This document shows, one piece after another, positions 16,400-23,888 of a DNA stretch of 25,446 nt (position 1 is its first letter; the number at the start of each line of letters is the position of its first letter). A program made the translations under genes and the position numbers. Source of the DNA: a virus (taxonomy: Duplodnaviria > Caudoviricetes). The stretch lies in the IMG/VR virus record IMGVR_UViG_3300027963_000311, positions 1 through 25,446 of that record; one strand, given 5' to 3'. Under the pieces are notes generated by a model that saw only the letters and a list, made by a program, of their open reading frames with translations, had not been told where the DNA came from and made no database searches.

Positions 16400-17073
16400 G
16401 GTTTCACCTTTTTGATGTACACGGCCAAATCATTTAGGTAATCTTGCACTTCTTGAATTGACGATTTGCCAGCCAAAAAACCCATGCGAATCATATAATT
16501 AATATCCCATGATTTTGTCCATACCAGATCAGCTACCTGATTTGGCGTAAGCAGGGTATTCACTTGATTTTGCAGTGTTGCTACCTGTTGCTCTAATGCA
16601 GTAACGCGCGCTTTTAATTTTTGCGTATTATCCATGGCGCTATTTGCGGTATCTTTTGCATTGTTGGCAATCGAAGCAGCATTATTTGCCGCATTGTCTG
16701 CTGCAGTAACGCTTTGCTTTACGGCGTTGAGTGATGATTCATCCACGTTGACCACGGTGCTGGACGGCGTGTCGCTGGGATCTATGTAGCCCGCAATCGG
16801 CTGATACCATTGTTGACCGTTGCTATCAACGTAACCCAAAAATAATTGCTTATTGAGAATGACCAAGCTACCAGCGGTGCCAGGAATAAACCATACAACC
16901 TGTGGCTGCCCACCTCTAACGGTGCGTACCACGTGCGGCCCCCATGGCCCCCCTGCTGTCGTACTACACACGGTAACCTGAAACGTGGTGCCCGTTTTGT
17001 CAATCACAAAGCTACAGCCGCTGCCCGAGTAGGATGCGTTAATCATTGGTAGTGGCGTTGGTGGTTGTGTCAT
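16396..17073 (-). CDS. Hypothetical protein: beta-rich N-terminus + Ala/Asn-rich coiled coil
   Basis: ATG 17073 with GGAG SD; AADNAANNAASIANNAKDTANSA and LKARVTALEQQVATLQNQV heptads. Confidence 0.7.
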   Translation of the reverse strand: MTQPPTPLPMINASYSGSGCSFVIDKTGTTFQVTVCSTTAGGPWGPHVVRTVRGGQPQVVWFIPGTAGSLVILNKQLFLGYVDSNGQQWYQPIAGYIDPSDTPSSTVVNVDESSLNAVKQSVTAADNAANNAASIANNAKDTANSAMDNTQKLKARVTALEQQVATLQNQVNTLLTPNQVADLVWTKSWDINYMIRMGFLAGKSSIQEVQDYLNDLAVYIKKVKP

Positions 17074-17085
17074 TGTGTTACTCCG

Positions 17086-17126
17086 AATAAAAACAGCCAT
17101 GTATACATATAGTATACATGGCTGTT
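17086..17126 (-). terminator. Intrinsic terminator separating middle genes from the lysis/late operon
   Basis: Perfect 15-bp IR aacagccatgtatac (17092-17106) / gtatacatggctgtt (17112-17126), ending in TTTTTATT on the minus strand. Confidence 0.8.
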
Positions 17127-17166
17127 ATTTCATGGTTTGGCGTTACATTTCAAGTGGTGGCAGTGT

Positions 17167-17706
17167 TCATATATAGTTTTCGTAATCCTCTTTATAGTCA
17201 ATGCTGGCATTTACCCAATGCCGAAAATGATCCAGGCATGGCTTATAGTCATTGCCATTAAACCACCGTGATGCATGATGGCAGTAATCATCACCATCTG
17301 TGACGTATCGCCAGCAGGTATCATCTATTGATGTTTCTGCATAGAAATCCAGGATAGCCACGCTATATATGAGATGCTCACTTCTATATGTTTCAAACCC
17401 TTCAAATCCATTGTCGTACTGCTGCCATGCAGTGAGTTTATGTAGACTGGCCAAATTCTTCATAAAATCATGGTCAAGTGCAGTGCGATAAATACCATCA
17501 TCACTTGTACGCACCTGTACGCCATCAATAAACATTTGTGTTGGGTTCACTGACCATGACAACAAATGCTCTTTACCATTGAATTGCAATTTACTATTCC
17601 ACATATTGTCATGTTTGGTAAATGCCACTTCTTGACGAAATATATACATACGGTATGTTTCGGGTTTTGGCGTGTATGGTTCGAATATAAATTCATTCAT
17701 TGTCAT
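17167..17706 (-). CDS. Hypothetical protein (179 aa, aromatic/acidic)
   Basis: ATGA overlap with upstream gene; no recognisable motif. Confidence 0.7.
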   Translation of the reverse strand: MTMNEFIFEPYTPKPETYRMYIFRQEVAFTKHDNMWNSKLQFNGKEHLLSWSVNPTQMFIDGVQVRTSDDGIYRTALDHDFMKNLASLHKLTAWQQYDNGFEGFETYRSEHLIYSVAILDFYAETSIDDTCWRYVTDGDDYCHHASRWFNGNDYKPCLDHFRHWVNASIDYKEDYENYI

Positions 17707-18065
17707 TTCATTACTGCCTTATCATTCGCATCGATATACAACCACTGCTGCCAGCATGATTTACTACTTGCCCAATGACGCCAGCCATGGCCATCATTCC
17801 ATAGGTATACAAACGTGTCGTATTGATTGCGTGGCGTGTCCTGCTCTGCATGATCATACCCATTTAGCCACATATACGTACTATCATTAAACTGCCAGAT
17901 GCCACCATCATTTGTGGCACTCCTGGCGTGCAATGCATAGCTACCAAACGTGACTGTGTCGCCACTCTCACACGTGGCAATGGCCACTGCTGCTGGGGTC
18001 ACATTGAGTGGTGTCACGTGGCAGGTGCCTAGGCTGCAGGTTAGGTATAAGAGTAATGTAATCAT
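17703..18065 (-). CDS. Secreted lytic transglycosylase, resuscitation-promoting factor (Rpf)-like
   Basis: Hydrophobic N-terminus, then IATCESG, GGIWQF..ST, A....P..Q, G...W....C lysozyme-like motifs; start re-assigned to ATG 18065 (TAATG coupling). Confidence 0.8.
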   Translation of the reverse strand: MITLLLYLTCSLGTCHVTPLNVTPAAVAIATCESGDTVTFGSYALHARSATNDGGIWQFNDSTYMWLNGYDHAEQDTPRNQYDTFVYLWNDGHGWRHWASSKSCWQQWLYIDANDKAVMK

Positions 18066-18223
18066 TACTTGCCAGCCTTCTGCTGGTGCCATACCCACAT
18101 CACAAACTGCAATGCCAGTATGGTTATGCATCCCGAAATAAAGTATTGATTTAGCCACGCCATGAGTATTGCCAAGATTCCTAGCAATACTGCCAACACG
18201 CGAATTTGCTTCACTAGTTCCAT
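18065..18223 (-). CDS. Small two-TM membrane protein (52 aa) MELVKQIRVLAVLLGILAILMAWLNQYFISGCITILALQFVMWVWHQQKAGK
   Basis: Read manually (below track cutoff); AGGAG SD 9 nt upstream; its TAA overlaps the next ATG. Confidence 0.8.
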   Translation of the reverse strand: MELVKQIRVLAVLLGILAILMAWLNQYFISGCITILALQFVMWVWHQQKAGK

Positions 18224-18255
18224 TTTGTCTACTCCTATCATATAACGCCATGCAT

Positions 18256-18285
18256 ATCATATATCAATATGATATACATTGTCAA
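18256..18285 (-). promoter_or_regulatory. Sigma70-type promoter TTGACA-N18-TATGAT with palindrome TATATCA-N3-TGATATA
   Basis: Perfect -35 at 18285-18280, -10 at 18261-18256; spacer shares CAATGTATATCA with the promoter at 390-418. Confidence 0.75.
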
Positions 18286-18551
18286 TTGCCTATTACTGCA
18301 TTGATTGCATCATCAATGGTTTTTACTACCACTGGTGCACGGCCGTTCCATTCTCTATACCACTGCTCTTGCCTTACATTGGGTTTGCCTTTGGTCTGCT
18401 TCACTTCGAGTAGATGCGTTACGCCATGAAACCCTACCAGTAGATCAGGCACACCGCTGCCTACTTTATGCAATAGCACTACGCTGGCCCCAATCTGGCG
18501 CAATGCCTGCACAATCTCGTTTTGATTATGGTCTGTTTTAGCGTTTCTCAT
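18282..18551 (-). CDS. VRR-NUC family nuclease (Holliday junction resolvase-like)
   Basis: D.NQ.EIVQALR..G, G.PDLLVG, LLEVK, Q..W PD-(D/E)xK motifs; start at ATG 18551 (ATGA overlap). Confidence 0.88.
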   Translation of the reverse strand: MRNAKTDHNQNEIVQALRQIGASVVLLHKVGSGVPDLLVGFHGVTHLLEVKQTKGKPNVRQEQWYREWNGRAPVVVKTIDDAINAVIGN

Positions 18552-19660
18552 AAATTTCTTTGCAACTCCTTTAGTAATTCGGTATACATGCCAGTGGCCT
18601 GGCACCAGCTGATGATTTCACTACGCACAAAATAGCCATGCATGCTACACGTAGATTTTGGGAATCCGTATGCCTTCTGCAAGTGGCCTAATTTGCCTTG
18701 ATACTCACCAATCATATGCACTACTTCATTACGGTATATATAGTGATGATCCCATTCACTAGCAAAATCACGCCACCATAAATAGTTTGGCATTTGTGGC
18801 GTAATCTTGCGTGGTAGTACATACCTGTAGTGCTTCAGCCACTCGCACACTGCATCACGTCTGTACAGATTGCCAATGCCATATCGATGGATATACATCA
18901 GCACTTCAGGCACGACACGGTTTGGCCACTCTTGACGCGCTGCATAATCCATTACTTTTGGTGCATAGAAATTGATTTCTTTATTTGATATATATTCCTG
19001 CATGGCATTGGCGTGTATCTCCTTTAGCCAATAGGCACACTTGCTTATATCCTCGATGCGAAATATATTCCCTGCTATCAGCCATTCATAGAAATCTACA
19101 GGATTCACTGTGACGTTGCGTGTGGTTCGCACCAGTGTTGATTTCAGGCCTAGCTGTTGGTACCAGACGCGCACCTGTTCACGTGCCATGTGCGTATCAT
19201 TGGCAATATCCTCGACACAATAGCCAATCATTGCTGATGATCGAATGCCTAACTTTTTTGTACGAATCTGTACGGCCGCAATGGTTCTGCCAAGCTTTTG
19301 TGCAATCACTGGCCACGGTTCCTGAAACGCCATAAACAGCAAATACTTTTCTTCTTGTGCAGTCCATGGTTTGTAATCGACAATCAAATCAAATTTGTGC
19401 AGCCAGGTATACACGGTATCTGACACACACCCTAATTCTGTTGCAATCTCCTGTGCAGTGAATTCTTTTTTGATGTAGTGCTGCAGTACATGCTTTTTTG
19501 TCCATGGTGGCGTGTTATCGAATTTGTGTAACTTTAGAAACCGTTGCAGCGCATGGCCACCAACCTGCAGTATTTTGCAGGTGCCACGTATGCCGTGCTG
19601 GCGTACTAAATCAAATACGGCCTGTGGTTCCATATCGTGTATTTTGCTTCTAATACTCAT
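18548..19660 (-). CDS. Multi-HTH DNA-binding protein
   Basis: TAQEIATELGCVSDTVYTWL, WTAQEEKYL...IAQKLGRTIAAVQIR (Myb-like), YCVEDIA...VRVW, GFPK...YFVRSEIISW (excisionase/AlpA-like). Start probably ATG 19660 (ATGA overlap). Confidence 0.7.
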   Translation of the reverse strand: MSIRSKIHDMEPQAVFDLVRQHGIRGTCKILQVGGHALQRFLKLHKFDNTPPWTKKHVLQHYIKKEFTAQEIATELGCVSDTVYTWLHKFDLIVDYKPWTAQEEKYLLFMAFQEPWPVIAQKLGRTIAAVQIRTKKLGIRSSAMIGYCVEDIANDTHMAREQVRVWYQQLGLKSTLVRTTRNVTVNPVDFYEWLIAGNIFRIEDISKCAYWLKEIHANAMQEYISNKEINFYAPKVMDYAARQEWPNRVVPEVLMYIHRYGIGNLYRRDAVCEWLKHYRYVLPRKITPQMPNYLWWRDFASEWDHHYIYRNEVVHMIGEYQGKLGHLQKAYGFPKSTCSMHGYFVRSEIISWCQATGMYTELLKELQRNL

Positions 19661-20073
19661 GATAGGCATTCCAGTGTATCAAGTGCGTGTAATTTGTCTT
19701 GTAGGGCCTTGCACGTGTCCTGCAATTGCAGCACTGCTGATAGTGCATCGCCCTTGCGTTTGGTGGCTGCAATACGAATAGCAAAATCACTGTGTGCCAA
19801 TCGATGTGCGGCCATTGCTTCTGTAGTGTTGCCAGCTCGTGGTAGATTAATTTTGATTTTGTAGATTGCATCAAATCTGGCAGTGTCGTTATCACTTAGT
19901 CGTTCGATGTTACTCGCCAGGCCATCACCAATCACTGCCAGCATTGTTTTGAGTCTGGCACGCACTGCAGGTACATTGTTGCGACAAAATCCACATAGTG
20001 GCACGCCATCATCATTTGGCATGAATTGATCACTGCAGCCAATGCACTCACTGTTCAGTCGTAACTTGTTCAT
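19657..20073 (-). CDS. Zinc-finger (CxxC-x11-CxxC) plus helical hypothetical protein
   Basis: CIGC...LCGFC at N-terminus; AAGGA SD. Confidence 0.7.
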   Translation of the reverse strand: MNKLRLNSECIGCSDQFMPNDDGVPLCGFCRNNVPAVRARLKTMLAVIGDGLASNIERLSDNDTARFDAIYKIKINLPRAGNTTEAMAAHRLAHSDFAIRIAATKRKGDALSAVLQLQDTCKALQDKLHALDTLECLS

Positions 20074-20109
20074 TGTTTGTCCTTTTTTTCTTCAATTCCT
20101 AGAAATACT

Positions 20110-20260
20110 GGTTTACTGGTTTACACATTGCCAGATTACTGCACTGCAATGCCATAAACCTTGTAAACCACCCTAAATCCACCCTGGTTTACATGGTTTA
20201 CATATGTAAACCATGTAAACCACGTAAACCACTGTAAACCGTGTAAACCCGTGTAAACCA
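20110..20260. repeat. Putative replication origin: 11 GTAAACC iterons in both orientations including a perfect 38-bp palindrome
   Basis: GTAAACC at 20163, 20206, 20215, 20224, 20234, 20243, 20253; GGTTTAC at 20110, 20118, 20186, 20195; palindrome 20185-20222; non-coding, directly after the primase-helicase stop. Confidence 0.8.
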
Positions 20261-20261
20261 C

Positions 20262-22301
20262 CTAATTGCATAGTTCACTTACCACCCGTTTTTGCATCTC
20301 GCCAATGATGCCAATGGCATTGAGTATTTTGGCTAGTGCATAGTGATCTTCTTGTGCATCGCTTTTGGCCAGTACACGCATCTGTGCAAGTTTGTGTTCA
20401 GGTAGCATAGTTAGCATGCTGGTAGTAGGCAATGGTGCCTGTGGTGGCGTTATAGGTGCCACTGCTGGCACTGCATCGATTACTGGCGGTGTGTCATCAT
20501 AGCCAACAGGTATTGTTTTGTTCTTGACCACAAAATATTTTGCGTTCGCGTCCTGCTTAACCATGCCAGCTGCCTTTAATCGTGTAAGCATCTTGTGCGT
20601 GTTCTGCCTGCTCTTACCTATTGCGTCTGCAATATCCTGTGGCCTGTAGTGCAGGCCGTTTTCTAGTAGCTTCAATATATCGCGGCGTTCTGGTGATAAT
20701 AGGAATGATTCATTATCCCCAATGACCTCGTGCATTGATTTTGCATCATTCCATTGCAGGGTTCGCTTATCGTCTGCATCAATATCACGACCACGCACTA
20801 GAAATTCAGCCTGCTGTGATTTGTCATCATCTCCGCTGATCCGTGACAATATCCACATGCCAGACACGCCACCAACCAACCCTGTGGTGCCTGATATTTC
20901 GTCAAATGCATCTTCTGCTTTTGATTTACGTGTGTGATGGATTACCAGAATTAAACAATGATGTTTTTCTGCCAGCACGTTTAATGGCTTCACTGCATCG
21001 TAATCTTCAGTGTAGGGGTTCGCATTCTTTTGGCGTGGTGCACGTATGTTTTCTAGAATATCGATCACGACCAGCACACAATCTTTTTGATGTGTTAGCC
21101 ACTCATCTAATTCTTTGACTGCTTCTTCACCCTTTGACCACTCATTGACTATGAATAGATTGTCTGGTAGTGGTTCGTCATTCATTTGCATCTGGCGCAA
21201 ACGTGATTGCATACGTCGTTGATTAGATTCAAGATCCATATACAACACACTACCTTGTTTGGTAGCGTATTTGCCAAGTGCATTACGGCCGTATGCCACA
21301 CACAAACTAACACCTGTAGATAGCCATGATTTACGTGCCTTTGGTTTGCCTGCAAATAAAATACACCCTTCAGGCCCGAATTCCTCAATTACCATCAGCA
21401 GTGACTGAAATCGTTTTGCATCTAAATCACGTGCACTGATTATTTCGCGCTTCACTACATACTCAATCGTTTTGTTCAGTGGTCCTGTCATGATTGGTAG
21501 TGCTGCCAGCTCGTGCATGGTAGTGACCTGGTACAGATTGCAATAGTCTGCCAGATCACCACCTTTACCCAATCGCATATCGATGCCATACGCATTCATC
21601 TGTGCAGATTTGAATTGTGCCAGCAAATCATTGGTGGCACTTCTGCCTGTATTGTCACAATCCAACGCAATGATTATTTGACCACTTGACCACCAATTTT
21701 GCAATTCATCTAGCAGTGATGCAGGTAGCACGCGTTCGCCACCACCAGCCATGGTAACTGCAGGTATGCCATAGTGCTGTGCTACCACTACTGATGCCTC
21801 GCCATTGGTGTACACCAGTGGTAGATTATTTGCACGTGCCATCTGCACTGCTTCGCGTAACTTGTACCAGCAGGATTTAAAACCCGTGTCACTGATGTAT
21901 GTTTTTGAATCCTGATAATCAAGAAACCTGTAGCGCGTGCCATTGTCTGTGCTAATTGCCATTGCAGGCCGTCTATTTTTCTTTGTGGCAGTCCAGCCCG
22001 CTTTTTCAAATACAGACCATTCTATGCCCTTCTGTGTGGCGTAATCGTGATGATCACGGTATGCACGTTTGCTGGTGGTTATTTCTTTGGCTGTATCGAT
22101 GCCAAGAAAATCTGCCAGCTGGTATAGGGTTCCTTTTTGACCTGATACAAAATCGACAAATGCGCCATGCTCATCATCATCAATGAGTAGTGAAAATGAA
22201 TTGCTATCACTTCCCACACGGTATGGTGAATTGCATCTGTACTGGCCTGATTCGTTTGGCACTAAATTGAGTGCCTGTAGTACCTTCTGTGCTGTGCTCA
22301 T
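20262..22301 (-). CDS. Primase-helicase replication protein (degenerate Zn-binding domain + TOPRIM + RepA/AAA_25 helicase + winged helix)
   Basis: IIIALDCD.TG and GGDLADY TOPRIM motifs; FAGKPKARKS, VLYMDLE, LVVIDIL, LVIHHTRK, ISGTTGL helicase motifs; C-terminal DIADAIGKSRQNTHKMLTRL wHTH. Confidence 0.9.
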   Translation of the reverse strand: MSTAQKVLQALNLVPNESGQYRCNSPYRVGSDSNSFSLLIDDDEHGAFVDFVSGQKGTLYQLADFLGIDTAKEITTSKRAYRDHHDYATQKGIEWSVFEKAGWTATKKNRRPAMAISTDNGTRYRFLDYQDSKTYISDTGFKSCWYKLREAVQMARANNLPLVYTNGEASVVVAQHYGIPAVTMAGGGERVLPASLLDELQNWWSSGQIIIALDCDNTGRSATNDLLAQFKSAQMNAYGIDMRLGKGGDLADYCNLYQVTTMHELAALPIMTGPLNKTIEYVVKREIISARDLDAKRFQSLLMVIEEFGPEGCILFAGKPKARKSWLSTGVSLCVAYGRNALGKYATKQGSVLYMDLESNQRRMQSRLRQMQMNDEPLPDNLFIVNEWSKGEEAVKELDEWLTHQKDCVLVVIDILENIRAPRQKNANPYTEDYDAVKPLNVLAEKHHCLILVIHHTRKSKAEDAFDEISGTTGLVGGVSGMWILSRISGDDDKSQQAEFLVRGRDIDADDKRTLQWNDAKSMHEVIGDNESFLLSPERRDILKLLENGLHYRPQDIADAIGKSRQNTHKMLTRLKAAGMVKQDANAKYFVVKNKTIPVGYDDTPPVIDAVPAVAPITPPQAPLPTTSMLTMLPEHKLAQMRVLAKSDAQEDHYALAKILNAIGIIGEMQKRVVSELCN

Positions 22302-22318
22302 TTGAAATACCTACTGAT

Positions 22319-22355
22319 AAAAAATAGACTGCATACAAGAGTGTATGCAGTCTAT
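22319..22355 (-). terminator. Intrinsic terminator between SSB-like and primase-helicase genes
   Basis: Perfect 14-bp IR atagactgcataca (22324-22337) / tgtatgcagtctat (22342-22355), ending in a T6 run on the minus strand. Confidence 0.8.
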
Positions 22356-22372
22356 CATGAGATAACTAAATA

Positions 22373-23155
22373 CTAAAATGATAGGCTATCATCGTCTAAT
22401 GGTTGTGGTGTGTTGGTGGCAGGTTGTTCTGCTGCCACGTTGCCACGTCGCTTCGTATGCCAGCCATCTTCCACAAGGCCATTACGCATATGCAGGCCGT
22501 ATTGCATCAGCTCTTTGCCTACATACAGACGTGTGAGTGTTTCTCGATCAGCAGCCTGTTTGATGCCTTCTAATACAATATCGTGTAGCACGGTTTTTTG
22601 CTGGCCTGCACCAACATCTACAAATATTGGATTACCTTTTGCATCATAGCTACCACCAACAGGAATCCAAAACGCCCATGGTGGTAGTGGTGCCTTGGCT
22701 GTTTGGTTTGCTACCTTGTGCACAAATTCATTGTGTTCTGATACCACACTATTTTTGGCACCAATCACGCGGCCTGCAGTCCAGCCTTTGCAGGCAAAAA
22801 TAACAGGTTCCTCGAAACCATGCAACAAACATACCACTTCAGTATAGATTTTCAAACCCTTCTGCCAGTGGTCATGCCAGGTATACGTACCTGCATCATC
22901 AACGCTAAACGCTTGCGATCGCTTCAGCAGCGGTGCAAACATCATTGATTTTGCCTGCCAGCCACCATCATCATACAAATCTGATTCTTGCCAGCCATCT
23001 GGTGGTGTTGGCATGCCATCAGCCTTGGCATACCAGCGGCCAAACTCTGCGACCTTGCCAACCTTACGGCCATGCGCCCAACGAATCCGTGGCATTTGGT
23101 CTTTGTCTTCTTGGGTTTTCCATTCCATGCCTTGTGCGTCATCTTGCCAGCTCAT
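22373..23155 (-). CDS. Probable single-stranded DNA-binding / annealing protein
   Basis: Trp-rich, acidic C-terminal tail ending PLDDDSLSF; directly upstream of primase-helicase; start re-assigned to ATG 23155. Confidence 0.55.
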   Translation of the reverse strand: MSWQDDAQGMEWKTQEDKDQMPRIRWAHGRKVGKVAEFGRWYAKADGMPTPPDGWQESDLYDDGGWQAKSMMFAPLLKRSQAFSVDDAGTYTWHDHWQKGLKIYTEVVCLLHGFEEPVIFACKGWTAGRVIGAKNSVVSEHNEFVHKVANQTAKAPLPPWAFWIPVGGSYDAKGNPIFVDVGAGQQKTVLHDIVLEGIKQAADRETLTRLYVGKELMQYGLHMRNGLVEDGWHTKRRGNVAAEQPATNTPQPLDDDSLSF

Positions 23156-23318
23156 TGCGTTTCTCGTTTCTTTCGTCTTGTAGATACATTGTGATTGCGT
23201 TGCGTACCACATCAGATAATGTGGTGTGTGTGCCTTGCCTGGCCTGCTCTGCTATTACCATCAGCAGTGCCAGGTAGATTTGGGTATCGATGCGAACAGC
23301 CATTAAACGTGTTTTGAT
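23139..23318 (-). CDS. Ribbon-helix-helix (Arc/CopG-like) protein, probable ATC start: (M)KTRLMAVRIDTQIYLALLMVIAEQARQGTHTTLSDVVRNAITMYLQDERNEKRNELAR
   Basis: Read manually; RHH pattern (alternating beta strand, T.SDVVR.AI..YL); AGGAGG 9 nt upstream of ATC 23318; alternative ATG 23303 lacks a nearby SD. Confidence 0.72.
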   Translation of the reverse strand: MKTRLMAVRIDTQIYLALLMVIAEQARQGTHTTLSDVVRNAITMYLQDERNEKRNELAR

Positions 23319-23336
23319 GTTTCATCACCTCCTAAC

Positions 23337-23373
23337 GTATAACAATTATACACTAAAACAAACTAACTTGCAC
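23337..23373 (-). promoter_or_regulatory. Promoter GTGCAA-N17-TATAAT with palindrome GTATAA-N3-TTATAC over the -10
   Basis: Perfect -10 at 23350-23345; palindrome 23337-23351; upstream of RHH/SSB/replication genes. Confidence 0.6.
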
Positions 23374-23655
23374 AACCTTTTGCACTGCTGGCGTGTTGGG
23401 TATTCCTGCATGTGCAATCTGGTGCCACTGTGCATCTGTCAAATCACGATCATTGTTGCGATAATCTGCCACATAATTGCAGATATTCAAGGCCACTACA
23501 TCAAGAGTGGAAGTAGTGCGAATATCTACAATCAGTTTGCCAAACTCCGATAGGCGAATAAACCCATGGTCATCAAATGGCATTACTACAATGTAGTGAT
23601 CGCCAACCCATTGAGAATAATATCGATAGCCATCTACTGATGCAAAATAATCCAT
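23353..23655 (-). CDS. Hypothetical protein (MDYFASVDG...)
   Basis: Track ORF frame; start at ATG 23655 with GAAGG upstream, after the hairpin. Confidence 0.7.
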   Translation of the reverse strand: MDYFASVDGYRYYSQWVGDHYIVVMPFDDHGFIRLSEFGKLIVDIRTTSTLDVVALNICNYVADYRNNDRDLTDAQWHQIAHAGIPNTPAVQKVVQVSLF

Positions 23656-23669
23656 TGCTACCTTCTTGG

Positions 23670-23704
23670 CTGGCAACACACAAGGTTTATTTGTGTGTTA
23701 CCAG
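23670..23704 (-). promoter_or_regulatory. Intergenic 14-bp RNA hairpin without U-tract
   Basis: Minus strand ctggtaacacacaa-ataaacc-ttgtgtgttgccag, one U-G pair. Confidence 0.65.
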
Positions 23705-23711
23705 ATTGCAA

Positions 23712-23888
23712 TTAATCGCGCTTCATAAACTGAATAGCAGAATCCCAGCCTTTGGCGAATTCCTCCTGCATCATCTCGTAATGCCAGCTAGCAATTTTTT
23801 TCTCGTACCACACCATGCACTGTGCAATGGTGACTGATACACCCATAATCATGGCAGTGATTGCCAAACCAACAAATATTGTGTTCAT
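23712..23888 (-). CDS. Small membrane-anchored hypothetical protein (MNTIFVGLAITAMIMG...)
   Basis: N-terminal TM helix; TAATG coupling to upstream gene. Confidence 0.7.
   Translation of the reverse strand: MNTIFVGLAITAMIMGVSVTIAQCMVWYEKKIASWHYEMMQEEFAKGWDSAIQFMKRD

Noticed and set aside
15854-18065. Host assignment (Actinobacteria or Chloroflexota) from Rpf-like and amidase genes
   Set aside because: Suggestive of a monoderm host (no spanins recognised) but these families are too widespread to name a host from sequence alone.
18066-18260. N-terminal 65 aa of track ORF 17703..18260
   Set aside because: Overlaps the promoter and a better-supported 52-aa membrane ORF with its own SD; true start likely 18065.
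20110-20260. Repeat cluster as a CRISPR array or mini-array
   Set aside because: Repeats are 7-10 bp, nearly contiguous, in both orientations, with no unique spacers and no cas genes.
23212-23325. 37-aa ORF MKHQNTFNG... from the ATG next to AGGAGGTG
   Set aside because: SD-ATG spacing too short and the product is not protein-like, whereas the overlapping frame is a clear RHH.
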